Virus record (IMG/VR): IMGVR_UViG_3300024259_001623
Strand: one strand, 5' to 3'
DNA from: a virus
Lineage: Duplodnaviria > Caudoviricetes
Length of the DNA: 64,000 bases
The notes under the pieces: model-generated
The model's database searches: none
What the model was told of the DNA's origin: nothing
Seen by the model: only the letters and a program-made list of their open reading frames with translations
In this document: piece after piece, positions 26,807-35,572 of the stretch
Layout of the letters: the number at the start of each line of letters is the position of its first letter
Position numbering within the stretch: the first letter of the stretch is position 1
Translations under genes and position numbers: made by a program

Positions 26807-27106
26807 TTAAAATCCTCCTCTAGCCTCTGGAGGGACGTTGATGCCTCTTTCTTGGATAATCTTTAGTATGGTATGTACGTCATCTGCTCTCCATCCAGCG
26901 TCTTTGTCAACCCCTCTACCGCCTTGATCTTCTATCTCGGACTGAGCCTCATAAGCTTCTTTAGCATCCTTTAAATTGAAAATAAGCTGTTCTGGCGTCA
27001 TAGCTCTATATTTTGCTTCCTTTTCCGCGAATGGATATCCTTTGATACCATAGTTGCCATAACCAAAAGCAAATTTCTTAAATAAATCAGTCTTAATCTT
27101 TTTCAT
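26807..27106 (-). CDS. Hypothetical protein
   Basis: Starts MKKIKTDLFKKFA; AAGGAG RBS. Confidence 0.65.
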   Translation of the reverse strand: MKKIKTDLFKKFAFGYGNYGIKGYPFAEKEAKYRAMTPEQLIFNLKDAKEAYEAQSEIEDQGGRGVDKDAGWRADDVHTILKIIQERGINVPPEARGGF

Positions 27107-27761
27107 TTATATCTCCCTTACAATATTCTTTTACTGAATACAAACAAATCAATACTGCATCAGAGCGTCCATCATGACAAACATTCTTAAACATATCCTT
27201 TATAGAAGGATACATCTCAGCAACAATCTTCCTAGACATCATTTTAGCTTCTTTTTTAACTAATAGATTATTTTTGTCTATCTTTTTTTTATTATCACTT
27301 TTTTCGGTCGCATCCTTCAATTTTTTACTTATTTCACGAAGCTTCTTGTTTTCTTCTTTATATTCCTTAATTTCATCACTAATTAGTTCTGGGAAAGACT
27401 TTTTCCATCTTTGAGGAGAAACTTCAACTAAATCGAATCCCATAGATACAATTATCCCCAAATAGATTCCATATCCAAACCCGAAATTGAACATAGAAAC
27501 GTTCCCCTGTTGCTTCATAGAATGAACTTTCTCTATACAAACCAATACATTTTTATCTTCATATTCTTTGAATATGAGGGATAATTCTTCTATGTCAGGT
27601 ATTTTTTTGAATTTAGACTTGACTTTTTTATTAGGATTAGGGATTTTCTTGGTAGGCATATCATATATTTTGGGAACTCCATCAAGTTCCTCAAAAACGC
27701 ATATAGCCCCGGTTAAGCCTGGGTCAACTCCTATTACAATGTCATATTTATCTGAGTACAT
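27093..27761 (-). CDS. ruvC: RuvC-like Holliday junction resolvase with coiled-coil insertion
   Basis: IGVDPGLTGAI, CIEKV, FNFG, VSPQRWKK, DGRSDAVLI. Confidence 0.8.
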   Translation of the reverse strand: MYSDKYDIVIGVDPGLTGAICVFEELDGVPKIYDMPTKKIPNPNKKVKSKFKKIPDIEELSLIFKEYEDKNVLVCIEKVHSMKQQGNVSMFNFGFGYGIYLGIIVSMGFDLVEVSPQRWKKSFPELISDEIKEYKEENKKLREISKKLKDATEKSDNKKKIDKNNLLVKKEAKMMSRKIVAEMYPSIKDMFKNVCHDGRSDAVLICLYSVKEYCKGDINEKD

Positions 27762-27811
27762 ATAGATCCTCCGAATGTTAACTATCTATATGTACTATCG
27801 ACAGATATTAT

Positions 27812-28195
27812 CTATATTTCTTCATAAATATCTATATATTTCTGTGGTCTATTCGACAATATAGCAGCGATGACTTGATGATAACCATCTAATAAAGTTT
27901 GATTAGCAATAACAACGATTCTAGTGCTGTCCCATCTATCAATTTTGTTTTGTACTATTTGTTTTTGTTCCTCTGTAGCAAAATCATTAAATACATCTAA
28001 TACTGTATCTTCCCCCATATGCGTCTTTAAAGTTTTTAATTGATCTGAATTAGCTAAACGCACAGTAAATTTAGTATTAAAATCATCTTCACTAACAAAT
28101 TCATGCAAAGCTTCAGAAGTGTCATTCAATTCAGATTCATCATAGAAATCCGTTAATGAAACTGTTTCTGTTTGTGATTTTTTATACCAATGCAT
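27812..28195 (-). CDS. WYK-leader protein with ParB/Srx-like motif
   Basis: Start re-placed to MHWYKKSQ (ATG 28195); LLDGYHQVIAA resembles DGHHR. Confidence 0.65.
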   Translation of the reverse strand: MHWYKKSQTETVSLTDFYDESELNDTSEALHEFVSEDDFNTKFTVRLANSDQLKTLKTHMGEDTVLDVFNDFATEEQKQIVQNKIDRWDSTRIVVIANQTLLDGYHQVIAAILSNRPQKYIDIYEEI

Positions 28196-28218
28196 TTTAA
28201 AAGACTCCAATTATATTA

Positions 28219-28246
28219 ATTTATTTTATATAATCAAAATCCCTTT
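28219..28246 (-). promoter_or_regulatory. Weaker copy of the phage-sigma promoter, AAAGG-N18-TAAAT
   Basis: Heads the run containing three WYK-type genes, ruvC and cca. Confidence 0.4.
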
Positions 28247-28259
28247 ATTATTGATTATT

Positions 28260-28448
28260 CTATCCGCATAGACCTTCTTCGCCTATAATATGTTTTATAA
28301 GTTCTTCACTAGAAAAAAATTCCTCTAAGTCAGAATAGTTCTCTACTCCCAACTCTTTAAGGAATTCAGTCATGCCATTATTAGATTCTACATCTTTCCT
28401 AGATAGCCTAAGTTCGCCACTAGGCATTAGATCAAATTCTATGTTCAT
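28260..28448 (-). CDS. Hypothetical protein
   Basis: 62-aa ORF, AAGGA RBS. Confidence 0.55.
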   Translation of the reverse strand: MNIEFDLMPSGELRLSRKDVESNNGMTEFLKELGVENYSDLEEFFSSEELIKHIIGEEGLCG

Positions 28449-28450
28449 CT

Positions 28451-28792
28451 TTAGTCCTTTATGAGAATAATATCTTTGTAGCCCAAATCATCTTGCAACG
28501 TTCTAAGGGTTCTTATTTCTAAATCTCCATTAGTACAAGACATTTGACGCATATCAGTATTATCAGTATGGATTTCTTCGGTGATAGTCCATAACTCTCC
28601 ATCCGACATGAATTTAGTGCCAACCAGAAACTCATTAACTTCTTTTTCACTAGAAAGAACTTCTGGTTCGACAGCCTTCATCAACTTCTCGTCCAACATG
28701 AATTTAGTGCCAACCAGAAACTCATTAACTTCTTTTTCACCAGAAAGAACTTCTGGTTCGCCAGCCTTCATCCCCTTTTTAATCATAGACAT
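28451..28792 (-). CDS. Hypothetical protein with a 30-aa tandem duplication
   Basis: EPEVLSxEKEVNEFLVGTKFM occurs twice. Confidence 0.65.
   Translation of the reverse strand: MSMIKKGMKAGEPEVLSGEKEVNEFLVGTKFMLDEKLMKAVEPEVLSSEKEVNEFLVGTKFMSDGELWTITEEIHTDNTDMRQMSCTNGDLEIRTLRTLQDDLGYKDIILIKD
28602..28772. repeat. Tandem duplication, period 90 bp
   Basis: 28602-28682 versus 28692-28772: 81 bp with 3 mismatches. Confidence 0.9.
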
Positions 28793-29880
28793 TATACTTT
28801 ACTCCTATTTTGTTTAATATTATCAAGATACTTATTTATATCGTTTTTTTCTCTGAAATCTAAATCATCTTCGATTTCACTTAATTGTTTCATTAATTCT
28901 ACATAATCTGATGTTGTTTCATCAGGGGAAACAATATTTAGGACAATTTTTAAATCCCCTATTCTTTTATTATCTTTTACATCAGGACAACCTAAATTTT
29001 TCAATACGACTTCATCTAGGTTTTTGATGTTAGGTTTAATTTTTATTTCAATTATATTTCCATATATGGTAGGAATCTTTATAAATCCTCCCAAAACTGA
29101 TTTTGAGAACGATATAGGATAAAGCATATATAAATCATTTATACGCCTTTGGTATATATCATGTTTCAAAACATGTACCTGAACATTCAAGTCTCCATTG
29201 GGACCACTATGCTGACCAGGATCACCTTGACCTTTTATATTTATAGTGTTCCCGTTTCGTATACCTCTAGGTATTTTAATTTTCTTTGTAGAGGCTTCAT
29301 TCACAGAACCAGAACCAAAACATGTTTTACATTTATCCTCATTTTTTATAACCTTACCAGACCCCATACAATGATTACAATGAACCATACCCATTATACC
29401 AGGGAATTCTTGGAATTGCAATTTCCCTCTACCTCTACATTTCACACAGGTATCAGTAGTTTTTCCTTCTTCGACTCTTGTGCCATTGCAAGTTCCACAC
29501 ACAACTTTTGTATTAACTGAAATCTCTTTAGTTATCAATTCTTTTGAGCATACTTCTTCTAGTGTTAGAGAAACACTCGCAAATTTGTTTTTTCCTCTTA
29601 TAGGTCTAGGATATGGATTGACGTATGGAGATGTCCTAGCATTAACAAAATTCCTTCCATTAGGAACTGATCCAAATCTATCATATTGATTTTTAGTGTT
29701 AGGATTAGACAAAACTTCATACGCGGTTGATACTTCTTTAAACTTTTTCTCGCCTTCTTTTTTTTCACCCTTATAATTATCAGGATGATATTTTAAGGCT
29801 TTTTGCCTATATCCCTTCTTAATGTCATTTGGACCTGCTTTTCTATCTAGTCCTAGTATAGAATAATAGTCTTTTTGCAT
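28792..29880 (-). CDS. dnaJ: DnaJ co-chaperone
   Basis: J-domain with HPD, four CxxCxGx(G) repeats, C-terminal domain GxGDPG...GDL; very short G/F linker. Confidence 0.92.
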   Translation of the reverse strand: MQKDYYSILGLDRKAGPNDIKKGYRQKALKYHPDNYKGEKKEGEKKFKEVSTAYEVLSNPNTKNQYDRFGSVPNGRNFVNARTSPYVNPYPRPIRGKNKFASVSLTLEEVCSKELITKEISVNTKVVCGTCNGTRVEEGKTTDTCVKCRGRGKLQFQEFPGIMGMVHCNHCMGSGKVIKNEDKCKTCFGSGSVNEASTKKIKIPRGIRNGNTINIKGQGDPGQHSGPNGDLNVQVHVLKHDIYQRRINDLYMLYPISFSKSVLGGFIKIPTIYGNIIEIKIKPNIKNLDEVVLKNLGCPDVKDNKRIGDLKIVLNIVSPDETTSDYVELMKQLSEIEDDLDFREKNDINKYLDNIKQNRSKV

Positions 29881-29882
29881 AT

Positions 29883-30074
29883 TTACTTTCTTTGATTGAT
29901 TTTTACTTTTTGTTTCTTGTAGTATTCAGCCTTCTTAACATTTTTAATTTCTTTTCCCAAAATCTTCATTAGTTCATTAATTGCCCCAGCACAATCTTTG
30001 CCCTGGAAACCCAACTGATCTAAGCTGATTTCTCCATCAGTTCCTATTGTAACATCAATTTCCTTCTGAGCCAT
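29883..30074 (-). CDS. DUF2997-like small protein
   Basis: IDVTIGTDGEI...GFQGKDC pattern. Confidence 0.65.
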   Translation of the reverse strand: MAQKEIDVTIGTDGEISLDQLGFQGKDCAGAINELMKILGKEIKNVKKAEYYKKQKVKINQRK

Positions 30075-30124
30075 TTTAAAATCTCCTGTTCTTAAATTAT
30101 ACTCTGCATGTCACGGATATGCAA

Positions 30125-30394
30125 TTACATTTTATGTCCGTTTTCAGTTTCTACGACATCTACTTCATCACTCTCGGCTCCAACGGCTTCTTCCAATAAG
30201 GTCTTCAAAGAGTTCTTTAAAATCACAAAACTTTCATCCAAATTCTCTACGAAAGCAACGATCCTTTCCAAATCTTCTCTCTCTTCCGTATTAATGAATT
30301 TATGAGTAACTCTATATAAGTTGGATAAAACGAATATAGTTTCTAATAGCTTTTCATTAGTTCTATGCCAATTAAATAACTGTTTTTCACTCAT
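30125..30394 (-). CDS. Hypothetical protein
   Basis: 89 aa, helical; overlaps the holA stop. Confidence 0.55.
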   Translation of the reverse strand: MSEKQLFNWHRTNEKLLETIFVLSNLYRVTHKFINTEEREDLERIVAFVENLDESFVILKNSLKTLLEEAVGAESDEVDVVETENGHKM

Positions 30395-31511
30395 CAGACA
30401 TTCTCCTTAATCTGGATAATTCTTTATCATCCATTATATTGCAGATAAACATGAAGAAATTATCTGCCATCATTAAACATTCAACTTTGTCATTCGAATT
30501 CCTTATCTTTAACAAACATTCATCTAGAACCTTCATAGATTTAAATAACTCTGTTCTAGAATATAAATCGATAACAGGAGTCTTTCCATAAAACCCCTTT
30601 AAAGCATTGAATCCTATTTTCTCAGAATATAGTGGCTTTCCATCTGTGGTAAAAATAGAATATTCTCCCGAACCTTCTCTTGAGAATCTATGCAATTCTT
30701 TAAGATTTTTCAGAATATCTTCATCTTTTAACCCAGATATCTTTTGTTCTTTCAAAAAGAACAATAATCTATATCTCCAAGACAATTGATGGAACAATCC
30801 TTCTACGGCCTCTTTTGCTGTATTTTTAGATAAAATAGATCTATACAGCAACTTCTGACAACCATCATAATCTCTTTTGTCTATCAGGTCAAAAATAGCC
30901 CAAGTAAGAACATTACTATTATTAGGCAAACATTTAATTATATCTGCCCTTGTCATATTCTTTTTCTTATTACCTAAGAAACTACAGATAAGATCATGAT
31001 ACATTATCATTCTATCGACATCAAACAAATTACCCTTGTCAGATTCACAATTATCAACTATTAGCCCAACATCTGAATCTTCAACATGTTTACCAGACTT
31101 CTCAAATATATCTATGACATAACTACAAGCTTCTGGTCTTTTTAAATAAGCTGGCGGATTAAATATTTTGCCTATTTTTTTAACATGATTGTATAATACT
31201 TTCTTCTTATTCGGGTCTACTCCATCGACAATAACAGTACAATCTTCTGGTATATTAGAAAAAACTTCTTTCCACTTCTTATTCGATTTTTGTGCAGAAC
31301 CCTTAAAGCTAGGAATATCTTTTATGATGACAACTCTACTTTCAGAAAATAACTCATTACCAGATATTTTCATTTCTATGTATTCCGCAGAATACTCGTC
31401 ATCATATATTAATACTTTATGGTCTTCCAGAGAATTCTTCACAGCATCAACTATTTTCCGCTTATGAAAAAAACTTCCGGATATCCAACATATCCTAGCT
31501 TTGTCATTCAT
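30387..31511 (-). CDS. holA: DNA polymerase III delta subunit-like
   Basis: ELFSESRVVII box, size, winged and helical C-terminus; context with dnaN and dnaX. Confidence 0.7.
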   Translation of the reverse strand: MNDKARICWISGSFFHKRKIVDAVKNSLEDHKVLIYDDEYSAEYIEMKISGNELFSESRVVIIKDIPSFKGSAQKSNKKWKEVFSNIPEDCTVIVDGVDPNKKKVLYNHVKKIGKIFNPPAYLKRPEACSYVIDIFEKSGKHVEDSDVGLIVDNCESDKGNLFDVDRMIMYHDLICSFLGNKKKNMTRADIIKCLPNNSNVLTWAIFDLIDKRDYDGCQKLLYRSILSKNTAKEAVEGLFHQLSWRYRLLFFLKEQKISGLKDEDILKNLKELHRFSREGSGEYSIFTTDGKPLYSEKIGFNALKGFYGKTPVIDLYSRTELFKSMKVLDECLLKIRNSNDKVECLMMADNFFMFICNIMDDKELSRLRRMSDE

Positions 31512-31531
31512 GATTCAATATCTTCCATCTA

Positions 31532-32818
31532 TTAAGAGGACAACTGTACTAAAATAATAGCAAACTTCTCTGAGAAACCAGTAGAAACGTTTGTCTTGCA
31601 CAAAGTTGAACCTTTAGCAACAGTATCAGAAGCATTGAAGTATACCAAGATAGGCTTTCTGCCAGATTCTCCACAAAATTCTATTTGGATATTACCTTCT
31701 TTTTCCCAACATTCTGGAATAGGTTGAATGTAATTAGTATAAGTAGAACTTAAACAAATATTCTCTCCATCTGGACTAGAAGAATCAATTACTTTAATCT
31801 TTCTATAAGACTTCAAAGTTTCTTCTGCCTTAACTTGTAATACCTTTTCTCCGATATCCAAATTAAATCTAGACTTATGCATTCTCTTTTCTCTAATCAT
31901 CTCTTTTGTATGAGTAGCAGAAACACCCTTACATGCGTAAGCCCAATCTTCAATAGAAGTCACAACCCTATAAGAATAATCGCTATCTAGAAGCTTATTC
32001 TCATCTATCCATTCTACATCTGTATTAATACCAACAAGCGTTATATTAAACAAACCAGAATCAATAATAATCTGATAATTATCATTTTTGTCTGTTTCTT
32101 TAATCGTGATCATATCTTTCTTGGATTTAGATAAGATATTAAGAACAACAGGCATATGTTCGTTTCTAAACAGAATATCGAAGTCATCTGTAGAATCAGA
32201 AGAGAAACAATCTCCTTCTACATCCAAAATGGAGAACAAGCCGCCAGTTCCAGAAACGAATCTCAGGTTCTTTGGCTTGTTAGTTGCCCTCATAACCCAA
32301 TACAAGAATCTGTCTTTTTCTTGCTCATAACCAAATGCAAACTTAATCTTATTAACGGACGAAGAAAATACATCCCTGCTAACTTTGATATTGTTTTTTA
32401 TCTTGTCAGCAACTTCAGGTAGCTCGATCAATTCATCAAAACAGATGATTGTTTGATATTGATCATTATCAGAAGCAGATATGATTTTTAGTTCTTTAGA
32501 TCCATCAACAGATACCAGATCAAATATAACATTTTCATCGCCTGGGAACGAAAGAAGTGTATCACGCAAATGATTTGTATTTACGCTTACCTCACCTTCA
32601 TCGTCGAACTCAACATTTAAATCATCTACATTTAAATCGTTTAGTTTTCCTCTGACAGCCATGTTGCCATTATAAGAGGATACAGTGATATCTTCATCAT
32701 CAACAGAAATATTGATACGATCAACCCCATCAAAATCCTTTCTACCACCTTTTTGAGATACATCTAATACAGGAATAATTGCATCCAAAAAGTTTTTCGC
32801 ATTAACTGAAAATTTCAT
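31532..32818 (-). CDS. dnaN: DNA polymerase III beta sliding clamp (divergent)
   Basis: MKFSVNAKNFLDAI start, GEVSVN..HL..LLSFP, IKFA, LRFVSGTGG(L), LVGIN...WID..KLL follow the three-domain beta-clamp layout. Confidence 0.7.
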   Translation of the reverse strand: MKFSVNAKNFLDAIIPVLDVSQKGGRKDFDGVDRINISVDDEDITVSSYNGNMAVRGKLNDLNVDDLNVEFDDEGEVSVNTNHLRDTLLSFPGDENVIFDLVSVDGSKELKIISASDNDQYQTIICFDELIELPEVADKIKNNIKVSRDVFSSSVNKIKFAFGYEQEKDRFLYWVMRATNKPKNLRFVSGTGGLFSILDVEGDCFSSDSTDDFDILFRNEHMPVVLNILSKSKKDMITIKETDKNDNYQIIIDSGLFNITLVGINTDVEWIDENKLLDSDYSYRVVTSIEDWAYACKGVSATHTKEMIREKRMHKSRFNLDIGEKVLQVKAEETLKSYRKIKVIDSSSPDGENICLSSTYTNYIQPIPECWEKEGNIQIEFCGESGRKPILVYFNASDTVAKGSTLCKTNVSTGFSEKFAIILVQLSS

Positions 32819-32860
32819 ATTTTCTCCTTCGCTTATTTCGTATTTTAACTAAGACTCTAT

Positions 32861-32889
32861 TTTATCAGTTTTTTTGCCACTTTTGTCAA
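32861..32889 (-). promoter_or_regulatory. Sigma70-type promoter TTGACA-N17-GATAAA
   Basis: Upstream of dnaN; the -35 overlaps the sigma gene stop codon. Confidence 0.55.
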
Positions 32890-33653
32890 TCATCATTTTC
32901 ATGATTTTGATATATTTTTTTCGCCTTGTATTTCACTCTAGAAAGAGCGTTATCAACGCTTTTAACATTAATCTCTACTTTATGTTTTTTAGATTCTTTA
33001 TTCTTATTATTTATTAATTCAGCTATTTTCTCATATGAGAAGTTCTGTCTATACAAAACAAATACTTGTCTTTCCAAATAAGACATTTTCCCCCACAATA
33101 GTTTAATTAATAAATTATAATCTTCTTTTTCACTGACATCTGATGCAACATTCCCACAATCATCGCTAGGAACTATGTCAGCTAATGAAACTGGTTCTTC
33201 TTGAGAATCGCTTTTAGATCTATCTTGATCTAGACTAATAGAGCTATTTAATACTTTTTGTTTACTCTGAAAAGAAGATTTTAATTTAGTAGATAAATGT
33301 CTTCTTATACATAAAGAAGCAAAACTATCAAATGGAGATATATTACTTCTCAAACTCCTAGTCGGATCATAATCTTTTATTGCTTTAAAACATAAAGCTA
33401 TCAGTGCCTCTTGAGTCAGGTCTTCAATTTGACAACCAGGTATATTCATCTTATACGATATTTGTTTTATTTTTGGTTGCATTAACTCAATTATCTCGTT
33501 AAATGCAATATTAACTTCCTTAGAATTTTTAGATTTTCTGACTATATCAACAAGATCGATAAATCTTTCTATTTTCTTTTGTCTTTTTGCGTCGGCTTCA
33601 GCATCATTTTTTTTCTTATTAGACCCAACCAGACTTTTTTTAGGTCTGGCCAT
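32886..33653 (-). CDS. sigH: Sigma-70 family factor, SigH(Spo0H)-like
   Basis: EDLTQEALIAL..AIKDYD, FDSFASLCIRRHL, SISLD, SYLERQVF, SYEKIAE, KSVDNALSRVK (SigH-type KSIDNALQRVK). Confidence 0.8.
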   Translation of the reverse strand: MARPKKSLVGSNKKKNDAEADAKRQKKIERFIDLVDIVRKSKNSKEVNIAFNEIIELMQPKIKQISYKMNIPGCQIEDLTQEALIALCFKAIKDYDPTRSLRSNISPFDSFASLCIRRHLSTKLKSSFQSKQKVLNSSISLDQDRSKSDSQEEPVSLADIVPSDDCGNVASDVSEKEDYNLLIKLLWGKMSYLERQVFVLYRQNFSYEKIAELINNKNKESKKHKVEINVKSVDNALSRVKYKAKKIYQNHENDD

Positions 33654-33673
33654 ATAAACTACTCCTTGTATAT

Positions 33674-34777
33674 TTATTTTTTACTTTTGATCAATTCTAT
33701 TATCGACTCAATAACGAATTTCTCTAAATATACTTGAGGGTCCAAATTTACATTAATAGCCTTTTTAACATCAATTAAAGCATCCATCATAGATGTTACT
33801 AAAGTAGGAGGAACTTGTTTCGACTGGTGAACTAACTTCTTAACCTCTTCATCCAAAAATCCTAGACTAGACAAGCTATCTTCACAAGTTCTAGCCAATA
33901 ATAAATTCCTTAAATGATTATTTACACCTTTTATAATATTATCAGGGTTTTTTCCCTTTACCATTAACCTATCTAGTGTTAGAACAGAAGATGCAACGTT
34001 AATTTCTACAATATTTTTTATTAATTCATAAAATTCAGCTTCATCAATGGAACCTAATACTTTTTGAACTATTTCTGAACTAATATGATCTCCACCAGTA
34101 AAACTCAAAACAGTCTGCAAATTCTGCAAAGCATTCCTAACACTACCCTTAGCGGTTTTAGATATGACTTTTGCGGCATCTTCATCAATATCTATACTTT
34201 CTTGTTTAGATATGTTTAATATATGACCATTAAGATCTAGCCAGCTTACTTTTTCAAAATTCAGTGTTATACATCTTGAGTGAATGGTATCTTTAAGCAT
34301 TTGAGGGTCTGTAGTGCATAACAAAATACGCACGTTATTCGGTGGTTCCTCAATAAACTTCAACGCCGCCTCAGCAGCTTTACCGGTTAGTGAATGGCTT
34401 TCATCCAAGATGAAGTATTTAATTCTACAAGCCATTGGTGCAAACTGAGCTTCTTTCTTCAAATCTCTTATATCATCAATGCTTCTATTGCTGGCAGCAT
34501 CTAATTCCTTTACATCCAAAGATTTACCGGAGAATATGTCTTTACAGTTCTTACATTCTCCACATGGCTCCATAGTTCTGCCGTTCTCGCAGTTCTCCAT
34601 AGCAGCCATGATACGGGCAACTGAGGTCTTCCCACATCCTAAATTCCCCTCTAAAATGTAAGCATGATGCCAACTAGAATTCTTAAAAGAATTAGTCAAA
34701 GTTTGAACAGCTACTTCTTGACCTACTATTTCTGACAAACTTTTAGGTCTATATTTCAAAGCAAATGGTGTTAACAT
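33674..34777 (-). CDS. dnaX: DNA polymerase III gamma/tau clamp-loader ATPase (gamma-length)
   Basis: ALKYRP, VGQE, GNLGCGKTS, Zn module, ELDAAS, ILDESH, HSRC, GSVRNAL. Confidence 0.93.
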   Translation of the reverse strand: MLTPFALKYRPKSLSEIVGQEVAVQTLTNSFKNSSWHHAYILEGNLGCGKTSVARIMAAMENCENGRTMEPCGECKNCKDIFSGKSLDVKELDAASNRSIDDIRDLKKEAQFAPMACRIKYFILDESHSLTGKAAEAALKFIEEPPNNVRILLCTTDPQMLKDTIHSRCITLNFEKVSWLDLNGHILNISKQESIDIDEDAAKVISKTAKGSVRNALQNLQTVLSFTGGDHISSEIVQKVLGSIDEAEFYELIKNIVEINVASSVLTLDRLMVKGKNPDNIIKGVNNHLRNLLLARTCEDSLSSLGFLDEEVKKLVHQSKQVPPTLVTSMMDALIDVKKAINVNLDPQVYLEKFVIESIIELIKSKK

Positions 34778-34788
34778 ATTATCTTCCT

Positions 34789-35559
34789 TTAAAACCCAGA
34801 ATAATCTCTTCTAGGCATCGTTCTAACATCTGGTCGAGGTCGAGGTTTAGGTTCTCTATTAAAATCTTCTACTTTATTATGCTCTTCTTCAGCAGCACTG
34901 TTCAAAGGTTCTCCGTTCTCATCCAATCCATTTTCATTCATTATTTGGATAAATTCCTCTTGAGTCAGATTACATATAAATTGTTCTTTGTCTTTGTCGC
35001 TAACAGGATCTCCGTTCTCATCACGTACAATTCTTTTGTCCTTCGAATTTAACTCTTTATATATATTTCTTATATCTTCTTCGCTATACCATCGAGCTTT
35101 AGTCTTGACTGTACTTATTTCCCCAGCTTCTTCTGGCTTTTTGACATGAGATTCTAGAATTTCTAGCATCTCTGCTTCTTTACCTTCATATGGTTTAGGA
35201 AGGTCGTTTAAATCGTCTGACAATAGCCCCAGTTCAATTCTTTTCTTAGTCTCGACTATAGCCATCAAATTCCAGATCGCTGCTGACAGATGATCCTCGT
35301 CCTCTAGACCCATAATGATTTTCATAAGATGTCTGTAGGCAGAATCTAAATACCGGCTAAGAGGTTGACCCTTTTCCCAATTTCTATCTCCATACTTCCT
35401 TGCACCATTCTCATAATGCCTAGCCATACGGAACAAAGCATATGCAGGAAAAAGATCATATCTTCCTTTTCCTTCATTTGTATCTCTTACACTTCCAGTC
35501 CCGAAATCTTGTCTATGACCACTATCTTTTACATCTTTAAATTCTTCCGATTTAGACAT
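34789..35559 (-). CDS. dATP/dGTP diphosphohydrolase (DUF5664-like) with acidic C-terminal extension
   Basis: GSVRD..GKGRYDL, GARKYGDRNWEKG, DSAYRHL, EDHLSAAIWN. Confidence 0.8.
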   Translation of the reverse strand: MSKSEEFKDVKDSGHRQDFGTGSVRDTNEGKGRYDLFPAYALFRMARHYENGARKYGDRNWEKGQPLSRYLDSAYRHLMKIIMGLEDEDHLSAAIWNLMAIVETKKRIELGLLSDDLNDLPKPYEGKEAEMLEILESHVKKPEEAGEISTVKTKARWYSEEDIRNIYKELNSKDKRIVRDENGDPVSDKDKEQFICNLTQEEFIQIMNENGLDENGEPLNSAAEEEHNKVEDFNREPKPRPRPDVRTMPRRDYSGF

Positions 35560-35572
35560 TATTCTTCTCCAA

